NCBI RefSeq assembly: GCF_026571515.1
Contig: NW_026860451.1
Coordinates: 62,001 to 126,000 of the forward strand
Reading direction: 5' to 3'
DNA from: Ruditapes philippinarum
Taxonomy: Eukaryota
DNA length: 64,000 bases
The notes beneath the pieces were generated by a model, which was given only the letters and a program-made list of their open reading frames with translations, was not told the DNA's origin and ran no database searches. This document shows positions 1-13,870 of the stretch, in pieces. Position 1 is the stretch's first letter. Every line of letters begins with the position of its first letter. Made by a program: the position numbers and the translations under genes.

Positions 1-1551
1 CGCTAATTGCCAGAGCAAAACGTGATATAAATATCTGGTTGTTTTTTCTTTGCAGGTTGGCCAGTGCAATCAGTGCAATAGGTTGAAAGTTCATTGTTAA
101 GGCAGTTTAAAGAACATGCGGCTAGTAAAATGAACATGGCTTCCAGATAATGATACTTCTGCGCGACGGTTTTATTTTTTTATAAACACACCGTGACCAT
201 TGCTCCAATTTCAAAAAAAAATAGCAAGCAATAATTTTGCATTTACACCCATACTCCCCGGGACCACTTAATGACTATTTACACAACTCAAATACGCTGT
301 AATCCCCAATTTCACAACGTTTCAAAACACAGGTCGTGACAAAATTATACTATTGTAATAAAAGTATATAATAATTACAAATACTATAAACTACTGAAGA
401 TTATATAAATCTTTGATTGCATACAAAATATTCATTCCGACGTGTGTTTTGTTTTTGTTAAAAATTATAAAGACACAGGTAAAGCATGATAGTAATATGT
501 AGCACAGTGTTCTGCAATAAAAGAAATATTCAATTTTTGCGATAATGATGTGGCGTTATCTCATCATTAATGGTCAAGTTAACTTCTACTCTTGTATAAA
601 TCATGATAAATATCTAAAATCTATTAACGAACTATACGATATTCGTTTTATAGTACAAAACATCCAAAATCTGTTCATTTATTCTTTCATTTTAATTTTT
701 TTATTATTATTATTTTATTTTATTATTATTATCTTTTTATTTTGGCTCGTCTTTTGTTCAATGACTGTTATTGATGAAATTGGAATCAAAGAAGATTTTT
801 TTTATGCAAAATACCGGTACATGTGTCATGAAAGAAATAACAAAACTGAAAACGAGGCAGAATTCTTGTGAAGAATACAATATTATTACATGTATTTCTA
901 AATGAGACACAGCTTATTGGCTGTTTTATGATTTTTCTAAGGTGGTGTGCAAAAAGGTTATAGCTTTAATGACATATATAATTATATAGAGTTGCATCAA
1001 TTTTGCACCTAACTTTCGATTTGCTAAGAAACTTTTTATGTTCGAAAATGCAAAGTAACGAGAGTTTAGCTTAGTTACTGTTGGTTCAATTTTGTAACAG
1101 TTAGCCTTAGTTGAAAGTTTCAGTTCATAACAGTATTTGTGCGGGGTAATAAGATAAATAAATAACACATAGGTTTTATTGAGTAATACGCAATACGCAC
1201 ACAAATATTGCTCTCAATTTCATTACTCTTTAATATGTTTAATATCGGTACTGTAATCAAATTACGATATACATACAATGTTTATATTACAATCAATCAA
1301 AACGGTGACTTTTAAATCCTCGCCGAAGTGTAATGGAAAAGCTGAAAAAGTTTAATTATGTTAACCTGAAAGAAATTTATATATGATAGTATGATATATA
1401 TACATGTATAATATGACATTTTCTTTTGATTAGTCAAAATATTCTTATCTCAAAGGTGAAATACTAAGTCGAACATCACCTAGATAGCATTTTTTTTTTT
1501 AAAAGTGTCTTCTGAATTCTTCATGATCTGGAATTATTGATAGTTTAAAAC

Positions 1552-4500
1552 ATGTTTGTCTTTTTTCTTTTCTTCATCTTTTCCTTTGTAGGCATACATG
1601 GAATAAAAGAGGAAACATTCATGCAAAATATCATGAATGAAATTACTGAACTCAAAACGAGACAGACTTCTTGTGAGCGATACAAGGCCAAAGTGGCTGA
1701 ATTAGAGGCTGCTGTAGTCCAACTGAAAACAAAGCAAAGTTCTTATGAAGCTAAGGTAGATGATCTCCAGAAACGCAATGGGAAATTGGAACTAAAGATG
1801 CTTCAGATTCAGCATGACATGGTATTACTAAACTTATCATTTTTATAGTTATTTTTTTAATTGTGAGTTAGACATCGAATCGTCAAGATAGCCAATGAAT
1901 TTAATCTTCAGACAAGTATTGATTTTTTACACCGTGCAATATAGGTCATTCTAATGAGTTCTAAGTTTCTAACCTCAGTTTTTGTGAATCTTGTCATTTT
2001 TTCTTCTTCTTTCTTTCCTTTATTCATTTCAATTAAGGTAACAAGAAAAGCATTGATGCAAAGCATCAAAGGGCGTCCAAGCAAGAAATGCAGCAAGTGA
2101 AGATGAACTAGTACACATATGATGACAAGTAATTCTTATAAACTACCAGAAATGTATATCACTTATGAATGAGCGGACGAAAGACATTGTTCATTATGAA
2201 CTTTGATTGACATGCTAGAGATTAGAATATATCTTGTTATTTCTTTATGATCGTGGTTATTAATAGCAACGGATATACATGTATGCAATCATTTATAATC
2301 CATATGTGTAACGCATGATCAACACGTACCACACATTTGTAATTGTCCCTTATTATGTTATCGCTATTAGCGAAGACCCCCTTAAGGTATCTGTTCACAC
2401 TTTAAGTTAGTAAAAATATGACACTGGTTATATTACCATGTTGATCATAATTGTTTATTATACAATAATTGTAATATCTATTAATTTTAATTAAAAAAAA
2501 ATACAAATTTTATGAATATTGTTTTCTTTTATTCTTTTTTGTGTTTTATGTGCTATTTTAATACTGAGTTTTTACTACTCTTTTTTATTAAAATTGTAAA
2601 ATAAATTTTAAGAATTCAATTGTCATATTGACCGACGATTATAAGTCAAAGCTTAACTGGAAAAAGTCAGTAAATTATGGTTTATCTTTCAATATATAAT
2701 ATTGTTTATTCTTAAACCATGTACATGTACATTGTATTTTTCTTTATCATTTTTTAAATTATCAATCAATTGAATAATTCATAAAATCTAATTTGTAACT
2801 TTGAATAATTCCTCGGCATCTTTACTAAACACGGATAACAAATTAAATAAAATGTTTCAAAGTTGATAATGTCATTTTAATACCATAAAAAATGTACCTT
2901 TTTCTCAATTATTGTACATATCACGGATTTATATTACATATAAATCCGTGTACATATTTATTGTTTTTATCTCATATAGATAAAATGAAACATGCTATTG
3001 TTTTTTTTTTCTAATTGTAACGATATCAAACATCTACTCCATAACCGGGAGAGACCGGACAATAAATGTGTGGTACTATTCGCCGGTCACTAGTAAATCC
3101 TGGTCAAAATAGACCGGGAGAGACCGGCATTTACCGATAGGAGTGATAAATAGATATATCTATAAATAGGTTTTTGGAATATTTAGGTCATCAACTGATC
3201 ATACTAGGATACATGTACAACAATAACATACCATGATAACCGACTGTGTACTACAAAATGATAAATAAAAAACTCCGAAGAGCGCGATTTATTGACGGAA
3301 AAGGTTATGCAAAATGTTTGCATTGCGAAAATTCATTGTAACATATCGCGACATTTCATTCTTAATTAATAATAATCAAGCACCCTCATACCGATCGGAA
3401 TTTTCGGCTTTTATTATGACCGACTAAAAGGCTCGAGAAGTTGCTGTCGCCCTTTCACAAAATCTGATTTCATTCCATAAGAGCGCCGCGCTTCGGCGCG
3501 GACGCCAATAAACGGTGATGTTGTTTGTTATTCGCACATACACTAATTTTATTTACGTCTTTTCATTTGTTTGGGTTTATTTTAGCAACCATATATAACA
3601 TAAGGAAACTTTATACCTTGTTTTTTATTTACTTTGAGAGAACAACTATCTATTTGTATACTTATGCACACCAAAAAGTAAATATTAATTAATATTGAGC
3701 ACGACATTGGTCTTTTAACATAATCAAAAATATAACTATCTTTAAATAAAATCTTTCTTGCTATTGAATTGCATTATTTTAATATGAGGTTTTAGCATAT
3801 TCCTTCATTATTATGCCGTATAACACAAGGCGTTTCTAATATCTGATTGAAAGTGAAACGGGACAACATTTTGCCTAATGGTAAAGATACATTAACGATA
3901 GTGGTGAAATGAGTCGAAATGTCAATTACTTTTGTGATTGGAATTCATATATACTGATATAGAAAATATCTCATCTCTTGATTAATTTATGCAAATGCGG
4001 AATCGACAGAGTAAGAACCACAGATCTGGGAAATTTCTGTAAAAGTATACATTTGCCTAGCTAAACATTGCTAAATGCGTTATCATTAAAATTTATATAT
4101 ATCAGAAAACATTATTGTTTTACAGGATTCAAAACGACAAATCCATAATATTCAGCATAAAGACAAGCCAGATAATCTCACGACTTACCAAAACAGTTAC
4201 AAACGTAAGTATTATTTATCAAAAGATATTTTACATATATTGACGCAAATGTCTCAAATGTTTTGACATTCAAAATCAGTAAAATAATGCAGGTTTGTAT
4301 GTCAAAAAAACAAGTATTATCAGCTGCTTTTCGTCATACCTGTATCAAAATCACATTTGTTATCAATGGAATTCTTCAAGAAATAGTATCACTAATTTGA
4401 ATTGAACTCCAACACGGAACAAATATATTTCAAAAGGTAATGATACAATGCATATATACGTAAAAATACAGTTTGTTTCCAAATCGCCACACTGGTTTGT

Positions 4501-5393
4501 AAATACTATGAGACATATATTGTTATGCGTGTAACAAGGCGTCTGATAATTCTTTTTTTGAAAGAAGTTTGATTCAAACTAACTTACAAATTATGTTCAT
4601 GGATAAACCAGCGAGTTATCCCAGCATGCAATCACAAATCAGGTCATTCACCTGTAAAATTGGCAGCCTTAAACAACTTTAAGCGACCGGTCGATTAGGT
4701 GACATTGGTAATTCTGCCATAAAATATAAATATATACATATATTACGCTAACCTACATGTAAATGTGTATTTCCCACTAACTATTAAAGATTATTCATTT
4801 TATAAGGCAATTAACATGATTGTACTGAATTTAAAACGAATATATTTTTTAAAAATATATCTCTTGTTGAATGAAATTTCACCTCAGTGATTCAAACATT
4901 TGTTTCAATAACTTAATATCAAATAATATATGAATAGATCTTTGCCACAAACTACAATCACTTTATAGGAATGGCAGTCAGTGGTCAAGTTGCGTTTACA
5001 GCTGGTGTATCAAATGCAGACCTAACACAACTAGGAGATCACCACACAATCATCTTTGATAAGCCTATTACAAATATTGGAAATGCCTACAGCGTACATT
5101 CTGGTATATTCCAGGCACCCCTTAAGGGTGTTTATGTGTTCACAATGACACTCATGGTTGTCCCACGTCACAGTGAGTATCTGGACATTGTAGTCGATGG
5201 AAATCTTATAAACCAAATTTTTGCAGATGCTTCGTCGGTTGATGATTTTATATCAACAACTAAGCAATGGGTACTCGATCTCAACGTTGGCTCCGAAGTT
5301 TGGATTCGAACATCTACGTACGAAAATAAGGGAGAGATACATGGTAAAATGCACACAACTTTCAGTGGATTTCTGTTGTTTGAAACTGAATAA
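1552..5393 (+). CDS. Secreted C1q-domain-containing protein 1 (signal peptide + coiled coil + globular C1q); exons 1552-1821, 4126-4204, 4969-5393
   Basis: Exon 1 encodes a hydrophobic signal (MFVFFLFFIFSFVG) and heptads, with a GT donor at 1822. The 79-nt exon 2 is bounded by tttacag and gtaagt. Exon 3 follows ctttatag and encodes gC1q motifs (VAFTA, IIFD, NIGNAY, GIFQAPLKGVYVF, TTFSGFLL). Phases 0/1 join in frame. Confidence 0.9.
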
Positions 5394-5840
5394 AGTTTCA
5401 AATAATACTGAAATGTTATATTGTAAAAAGAATATAACGAAAGCATATGATTGGAAATATTTTGTTTTTGTTATAAAATATTAATCAAGCGGGATAATGA
5501 GATGGCAAGAATATTAAACTCATACGATAAAATAATTGCCCATCCTCAGAAATATGAATTAAGACACTATTTGCCTCCATTTTATCTGGATCCTGTATGA
5601 TATTGTCCCGGATACATTGCAAGAGAAGACATGTACCCTTCATCCAAAAATTGATGACTATAAGTTGAAACATACTTATTTCATGAAAGCTTGAAACTTA
5701 TTTGAACTACTCTAATGTTCACTGATCACTGGATAGAGAGACAGTTTTACAACTCGTCATCAGCTATCCATAATTGAACAACGGATGAATATTAAAGTTT
5801 TTTCCTCCTCGGTAATACAAGAACCGGTCTAACCGGATGA

Positions 5841-7074
5841 TGCTCCCCGAATAGGTTTTGGACACAGAGAAGTAGTTTGTCCATGCTCCCCGAATTAGGT
5901 TTTGAACAGAGAAGTAATTTGTCCATGCTCCCCGAATTAGGTTTTGAACAGAGAAGTAGTTTGTCCATGCTCCCCGAATTAGGTTTTGGACACAGAGAAG
6001 TAGTTTGTCCATGCTCCCCGAATTAGGTTTTGAACAGAGAAGTAGTTTGTCCATGCTCCCCGAATTAGGTTTTGGACACAGAGAAGTAGTTTGTCGATGC
6101 TGCCCCGAATTAGGTTTTGGACACAGAGAAGTAGTTTGTCCATGCTCCCCGAATTAGGTTTTGGACACAGAGAAGTAGTTTGTCCATGCTCCCCGAATAG
6201 GTTTTGAACAGAGAAGTAGTTTGTCCATGCTCCCGAATTAGGTTTTGAACAGAGAAGTAGTTTGTCCATGCTCCCGAATTAGTTTTTGGACACAGAGAAT
6301 AGTTTGTCCATGCTCCCCGAATTAGGTTTTGGACACAGAAGAAGTAGTTTGTCCATGCTCCCCGAATAGGTTTTGAACAGAGAAGTAGTTTGTCCATGCT
6401 CCCCGAATTAGGTTTGAACAGAGAAGTAGTTTGTCCATGCTCCCCGAATTAGGTTTTGGACACAGAGAAGTAGTTTGTCCATGCTCCCGAATTAGGTTTT
6501 GAACAGAGAAGTAGTTTGTCCATGCTCCCCGAATTAGGTTTTGGACACAGAGAAGTAGTTTGTCCATGCTCCCGAATAGGTTTTGAACAGAGAAGTAGTT
6601 TGTCCATGCTCCCCGAATTAGGTTTGAACAGAGAAGTAGTTTGTCCATGCTCCCGAATTAGGTTTTGAACAGAGAAGATATTTGTCCATGCTCCCCGAAT
6701 TAGGTTTTGAACAGAGAAGTAGTTTGTCCATGCTCCCCGAATTAGGTTTTGGACACAGAGAAGTAGTTTGTCCATGCTCCCCGAATTAGGTTTTGGACAC
6801 AGAGAAGTAGTTTGTCCATGCTCCCGAATAGGTTTTTGAACAGAGAAGTAGTTTGTCCATGCTCCCCGAATTAGGTTTTGAACAGAGAAGTAGTTTGTCC
6901 ATGCTCCCCGAATTAGGTTTTGGACACAGAGAAGTAGTTTGTCCATGCCCCCCGAATTAGGTTTTGAACAGAGAAGTAGTTTGTCCATGCTCCCCGAATT
7001 AGGTTTTGAACAGAGAAGTAGTTTGTCCATGCTCCCCGAATTAGGTTTTGGACACAGAGAAGTAGTTTGTCCAT
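5841..7074. repeat. Tandem satellite/minisatellite, ~41-44 bp unit (CCATGCTCCCCGAATTAGGTTTTG[AA/GACA]CAGAGAAGTAGTTTGT), ~29 copies
   Basis: Head-to-tail near-identical units with two variants (GAACAG and GGACACAG) and no spacers. Confidence 0.97.
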
Positions 7075-8671
7075 AAAGTGTTTACAAGCATTAAGTTATT
7101 ATGTAATGGGTAGTTGCTGGAAAAGTTTAATACTAAATATGCAATGAAGTATATTGAATTCTAAACTGACTATTTTATTCTATATTATTCTACAAGTCAG
7201 ACATTGACAGTCCTATCAAGACAGTATCATGGTCACTGAAGTAGGCAATAAAAAGTATGAAAACAAATAAAATAACTCTAAAATTATGAAGCAGAGAGTT
7301 ATGGTTATTGTGCATTGCTTGCACTTCTCCACTGTAAGATCTGTCCACCTGTAAAGTTTCAAGTCAGCAGTTTTCATACAGTTGGATTTACATTGTGGAC
7401 AAACAACAAGTACGAAAAATAGCAAATGGCACTAGCAAAGAGTCCCGGACATGGAGGTAGTACAATGGCTTCCAGATGCCCGCGTAGCATTAAAGTTTAC
7501 TTGTGCGGCGATTTTGTTCTCTCTATATTATAATTATAGACTTTTCAAACAAATGAAAATCGAATCTTCCCAAGACTGGCAAATTTGTTCTTTCTCATTT
7601 TAAACAAAATTTTGTAAAAAAGGAGAAAAAAACAACAACATTTTCAGAAGTCCATCTTTAGCTACTCATTAATTTGATATGATTGCCAATTTATCTCTGT
7701 AATAGTTTGTAGTCTCTTGTTTACGACAATATTTTTCAAATATGGCCACCCGAGGTCGACTGAAATATGCGTTTTTAGCCTTTTAATCTACTACGTAGTA
7801 AATATAAGATTTTTAAAGATACGCCAATTGATGGACCCAAACTTGACATACATATAGGGTTATTTCCTGCGGGTTGACCAATGCAATAGGTTATGGCACA
7901 GGGACTTGAAATTCTATCAATATTAACGATAATATGCAAAATATACCCCCATATAATATAAAAAAACATAGTATATAGGTTTTTTTTTATATTATCATTA
8001 ATATTGGTTATTTGATAAAATCCTGTGGTCATGGCTCATTTTTACGGCAATTTAAAGAACATGGGGTTAGTACAATGAACACCGAATGGCAATTGACGAA
8101 TTTCTTCACCGTGACCATTGCTCAAATTTTAAGAAAAAGATCAAGTGCAGAGTCACTTTACGTCAATATATGGTACATGAACAACGGCCGCAGTATTTTT
8201 CGAGAAATCTAGTATTTGCCTGCGCGATGATTTTTATTTGATTTTGTAATTTATTATATTCCGTATTCCGGAGTCTACCGTCATATATCCTTTGTTCCGA
8301 TAACGTTGCCAATAGCTTATATGCTTGTCAATACGGCAATAGAAGGTATGGTATATGTCACTATCCAAAGAAACATGTCCGCCAGGTGCCCGATTAGCAT
8401 AAGCGTACCCCGATGCTGTGATTTTTTCCTCTTTCTAAATTAAAACAACATTCTACTGAGCCAAACGTGGCTTACCGTTTGATCCGTTTGCACTGCATAT
8501 TAGCAAGTGCAATAGCTCAGAAGGCGCTATCTGAAGAATATGGATAATCCAGATACTACTTTACCTTATGCTTGCGTATATTTCCGTATTTGAGCAAATT
8601 AGCATTCAGATAGAATAAACGGAAGCTCCGGTGAAAATACTTTAATATGATTATCACATTATCCGTTTCAT

Positions 8672-8698
8672 TAGACGCCGCTTGCAAGCGGCGTCTAG
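8672..8698 (+). other. Perfect 26-bp GC-rich palindrome ending in CTAG|T; candidate Helitron-type 3' terminus
   Basis: TAGACGCCGCTTG-CAAGCGGCGTCTA followed by GT. Confidence 0.4.
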
Positions 8699-9791
8699 TA
8701 GATATGCATTCGTCCATACAGCAATGGGGAAAATTTTAGACTTGATTTTGTGTATTTTTTTGTTTTGTTCTTTTTTGTTTTAACAAAATTACACTGTTTT
8801 TAAATTTTCTAATAAAAATAGTTTTTATGATGTACAACATGTCACAGAGCTTTAAGGGATTAGAATAAACGTTTAACTGAAGTGATAGTGCCATGTTTGA
8901 ATATCATATTCTTTTTGTCAATATCTTATTTTATTTACATGATAAATAACGTGCCAATGAGCCAGTCTATAGTCGATCGTTCTAAAACTTAACCGTTGAG
9001 AGAGGTGACAACTGAGGACTGAGGCAGTGTCACTTACCTCATTTGCTTCGCCTCTGTTGAAGTTCGGCTCCGCCTTAATTAAATTGTCATATTAAATTTG
9101 ATATTATGCTCCATATGCTAGCATTTAGTCTTCGTTGACGGGGTAGAAGGGAACCAGGACAATTTTGATCAATATCACTGTCGAACCATTAAATTACAAG
9201 TTACAATGCCTAATCCACGCCCACTATTAGAGAGGCGGTTCTCACTCAACCATTAAGAAAGTACAACAAACCGGTTACGCTACGGCCTGTAAGGGGAGAT
9301 CCTGCAGAACAGTTTGTCCTCAAATCATTCGAACATTATGCAATCCGTACCAATATTTAAATGGGTATATTCACTAAAGGTAGAATCAATAATCAGAAGG
9401 GCTGGTAAAATAAATCATCAGTTAGTTGATTAAAGAACTGAGAAACCCGAAATGCTATCAAGTTTCTTAATTGACCACGCAGTCACTGAGGATTAAATTT
9501 GTATAAATGTTTAAATAAATCGACACTTTAATATACTTTAATATAAAAACATCGATAGCTGTTCTATGCACTTTAATACAAACAATGATGAAAAATCCAA
9601 AATAATATTCGTGACTGAAATTTTGAAAGACCTTGAATATAATAATATTGAAATCTCTATTCGAAAAACAAGAACCTTATCACATTCGTTAGGCTCTTAT
9701 GATTTTTATCTTAAATGTGCTATAAGATAACGTATAATTGCCTTCTTTTTGCGAATTTATTCATTATTTAAACATACTGATAGTTTCAAAC

Positions 9792-12700
9792 ATGTATGGC
9801 TTTGCCTGTTACGTCCTTTATTTAGTCACTGTAGGCATACATGGAAGTCAAGAAGAATATGTTGTGCGTAATATCCTGAATGAAATAACAGCGTTGAAAA
9901 CAAGACAGAATTCGTGTGACAAAAAAGTTTCTGAATTAGAGGCCGTCGTAGATGAACTTCAGAGACGCAACGATAAATTGGATCAAGAATTACTTGAAAT
10001 GAGAGATGACAAGGTAATAATTTTATAATAATTTTATCATTATACGTATTCGTCAATACCGACCCAAAATTCATTTTCCATATAAAAAAATTATTATTAT
10101 TATTATTATTACTATTATTATTATCATTATTATTACCATCATCATTATTATTTTGTTCCTGCATGGTATAATTATTGTAAAAATAGTAAAAAGTGGTCAT
10201 GTAAGACACGAAACGTATCAACTCAAATGGGGTGTTTTTAAAATGATATATATATTAGAAAGCCTTATCGTATTACAGATTATCTCAACAGAAAACTATG
10301 ACCTTCAAAGTCAAGCCTATGTAGATAAAGTAACAAGACACAAAAGCCTGCACAAACGTAAGCGAAATTTTATTATTTGTTTGTTTTCCTATAGTTTAAT
10401 ATATTGCCGTTGTTCTTATTCTTATAAATGTGTACACTCCTATGTAAAATGTTTTAGAACAAAAGTTTGTACACATTCCTTTCAAAGCAATATTTTGGAA
10501 ACAAAATCACCATGTTATAAAGTATCTCAAGAAATATAGTTGTATCTCTGCTCATCCAGAGATATCAGTATTTTACTTTTTATCCTTACCACCCTGCATC
10601 CAACTTCCCAAGATTAAACTTATCTCGCTATCTTACGGAAGGTCGGTGGTTCTATACAGGTGTCCGTTCGTGCCTGAAATAATCTGAAATAATGCAAGGA
10701 GGGGAACTTAAGGTTTTCCACCAGCATTAAAGCTAGAAAACTTGCCATATTTTATCCAGATTAAATATGACATTTACATAGGGTCGTTGTGACTTCAAAT
10801 TAAATAAATTAAAAAAAAATCTGCTTAATAGGTTTATTTTGTACATTTTAGACAACCAACCATGAAAAAATATATTCTTTTTGTTATATATACTACTCAA
10901 AATTTGCTAAGGATCACTTTTTCTACTGTGCGTTACTTTTGTGTATTTGTAATATATGTAAAAATTAATTCAATGGAGTTTAATATAATTAGTTAGGAAT
11001 TGATTTTTATGAAAATAATGACAATGACGTGTGCCTGTTGCGGAAAGAGTGTGCTGGACGAAAATCAACATTTTAGAGATCACATAGTGGAATAAAAAAA
11101 TCTTCGAATCAGGAAATGTTTGGCGTGGCGTGTTTAATTCCGAGTATGGTGTCCACGGACATTAATAACGGCCTAGCATCGCCGCCGTATGCTGCTGTAG
11201 ATAAGCCTGCGGACCTTGTGATGAGGAATATGGACCCGTTTCTCTATGATTGCATGTCTTTGCTCATGAACAGTTGTTGGTTGGACGTGGCGTGAAGAAA
11301 TGCCTTTCTGCAGTATATCCCAAGCTTAATTGGATTTAAATCCGGGGACCTTGCTGGCCAATCCATGTGGATTATAGTTGCCTCCACAAGATATCGGTTT
11401 GTGATGTGGGCTCTTTGTACACGGGCGTTGTCATCCATAAGAATGAAATCAGGACCGACTGCGCCAGCTTACGTGCGTACATGAGATTTCATTGACATAC
11501 CTTACTGTCGTCAGTTTACCGTTTTCAATGATGTGTTGGTCCGTTTTCTCCTGAGCGCTTATTCCCTCCCTCACCATGACTGAACCCCCGCCAAAACGGT
11601 CGTGTTTTGCAACACAACACTTGCTGGAGCTAAGCGTTCATTTGAACTTCTCCAAACCCTAGCCCGTCTGTCCGTGAAGTCCACACAAAACCTTGGCTCA
11701 TCAGTGAAGATGACCGGGGTCAAATCATTAATTGTCCATGTGACACGAGTCTGCGCCCATTGCAAACGCTCTTGAATATGGCGTGGTACGTGTCCAAGGA
11801 ATGCAAATTGCTGGCCTCCGTAATCTCAACTCAGCATCATGCAACCTGTTTCTAACAGTTTGTGTGCTTACACGCGCACCAGTTGCATTCTGGAAGTCGT
11901 TACGTAAGGTCGTAGCGTTCGAAATCAATTGGCGCCTGGCCTGAAGGACAATAAATCGGTCCTGGCCCCGAGTCGGTGAACGTTCCCGACCTCCAGCGTG
12001 GCCCTGCAAGACATTTTCAGTCATTTTTGGAATCGGTTCCACATCCTGTAGATACCCCAAGGACATGGGCAACGTGCCTTTGTGAACGGCCAGCCTCCAA
12101 CATTCCACACCCCTGTTAATCTCATCTTCACCAAGACGACGTCTTACTTGTCGATTTGCCATAGTTTGTTAATTTCGAACGCAGTTTGGCAATAAAACAG
12201 AGAAGTCTTGCTGCTTGTACACTTTAAGTGAAAGCACAAGGCCACAAATTACCAATTTTCCATGGGTATGCTTTTCCACGTGCTTATCGTGCAAGGTAAC
12301 ATGACAAAACAAACTTAAGTACACGATTATGAGGTCCCCGTACAGTTGTATCGTTAGCGGAAATATGATTTTAATATGATGATAACATGATTGAAATATA
12401 CAATGTCAAAAAGGTGATCCTTAGCAAATTTTGAGTAGTATATATATTATAACAATCATATGGCCAAAACAGACATTTATTGATATATCCTGTATACAGC
12501 GTTTATAAAATTTTCAACAGGAACACCTAGCAGTCAAGTAGCGTTTACAGCTGGCGTATCTAGTGCGGATCTAACTGACCTAGGGTATCATCACACTATT
12601 ATATTTGATTACCCCATTACCAATATTGGAAATGCTTACAACCACTATACCGGAATATTCCAAGCACCCCTTAAGGGTGTTTATGTATTCACATTGACAT

Positions 12701-12939
12701 TGATGGTGATACCTAGAAACACGGATTATCTTGAACTTGTTCTGGATGGAAATATCATGTTCGATATTCTTGCCGATGCTTCTTCTGTCGATGGTTACGT
12801 ATCATCAACTAAGCAATGTGTCCTGAACCTAAATGTTGGTTCTGTTGTTTGGATCCGAACTTCATCAACAGGAAAAGTAAGGGAAATACATGGTAATATG
12901 CATACTACTTTCAGTGGATTTCTGCTGTTTGAAACTTAA
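9792..12939 (+). CDS. Secreted C1q-domain-containing protein 2, tandem paralog; exons 9792-10013, 10279-10357, 12521-12939
   Basis: Same ATG context as paralog 1 (tagtttcaaacATG), signal peptide ending VGIHG, coiled coil, and an exon 2 of identical length (79 nt) ending AAAC|gtaag. Exon 3 follows ttttcaacag and encodes VAFTAG...GIFQAPLKGVYVF...TTFSGFLLFET. Confidence 0.9.
10090..10152. repeat. (ATT/ATC)n microsatellite in intron 1 of C1q gene 2
   Basis: Imperfect trinucleotide run. Confidence 0.85.
10628..10800 (+). mobile_element. 5'-truncated SINE fragment, same family as 39590-39790 and 42105-42320
   Basis: CTTACGGAAGGTCGGTGGTTCTA...GAAATAATGC...TAAAGCTAGAAAA; reverse-complement similarity to the 39.6 and 42.1 kb copies. 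Confidence 0.6.
10891..12440 (-). mobile_element. Tc1/mariner DNA transposon (~1.55 kb) in intron 2 of C1q gene 2
   Basis: ~31-bp TIRs (TACTACTCAAAATTTGCTAAGGATCAC / GTGATCCTTAGCAAATTTTGAGTAGTA) flanked by TA, with transposase fragments on the minus strand. Confidence 0.93.
11130..12162 (-). pseudogene. Frameshifted Tc1-family (DD34E-type) transposase
   Basis: Split across several frames: HTH region (STQTVRNRLHDA), VIFTDEPRF, MDDNAR, WPARSPDLNPI. Confidence 0.88.
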
Positions 12940-13184
12940 TAATTGTCATTTAATGATCATTGCTAATTTTGTAACAAGAATGTAATAAAAGGTTATTGGA
13001 GACATTATCTTTGTTATTAAACAAGCACGATAATGATACAGGGAATAATACCAAATGCTTCATGTTAAGTAAAAACACAAAATATAAAAGAAAACCGTAA
13101 TGCACTTAAATGGCAATTTGAACAATATCTTAACTATATTCATTTGATGATCCTTAACTTTTGTATTTTTTATATGTATACGGC

Positions 13185-13870
13185 CAGTCAGACGGACTGA
13201 CAGACAGCAAATCTTTAAACATCTCTGGTTATAACCAGAATATAATATTTTAAAGGCAAAGTTCTTTAACTAAAGAGGAGATGACTCTTGAAATAAAGAT
13301 GCTAGACTTATGAACATTGTCATACATGGTGTGAGTGGTGACAAAAGACAATTATCTTAAGTCTAAAGTCGATACCATTTATCGTAACAAAGAAGAAAAT
13401 AAAAGATATATAACAATTTTCAAATAAATTCCAAGTTCAAATAGAAAATTATCATGGAAAACCAAGGCGCTAGACTTATAAATCTTATCACATGATATAG
13501 GTGTTACTAATGAACATATTTTGGATATTTGGAGTAACTCCATGAAGGAATAAGAAAGTTATGGAATAAAAAAGGGAAATTAAAATTTTATGGGGGGAGA
13601 TAATTCTAGAAAATTGGACGGTAGACTTTTTAACCTTGTCATATTATTCTGATGTGGGTGTTTTGAAGTTTGAAGTAAATCCTGTATTAAATGAAGAAAA
13701 AATTATTATTTCTAGAAAAAAATGTTCAAGGGGACACAATTCTGGAAATAGTCTTGCTAGATTATTAACACATGATTTCAGTGATAATAAGGAACATATA
13801 CTTGAAGTTTGAAGTAGATACCTTAAAAATAAAGAAGTTATAGAAAACAAACAACTTTTTTTTCATGAAT
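13185..13870. repeat. Old degenerate ~150-bp tandem repeat next to a (GACA/GACG) microsatellite remnant
   Basis: Recurrent GCTAGACTTAT-like anchor at ~13301, 13469, 13621 and 13756; CAGACGGACTGACAGACAG at 13189. Confidence 0.5.

Noticed and set aside
5841-7074. CRISPR-like array, and the minus-strand ORFs (MDKLLLC...)
   Set aside because: Units abut without unique spacers, there are no cas genes, and the context is eukaryotic; the ORFs are translations of the satellite.
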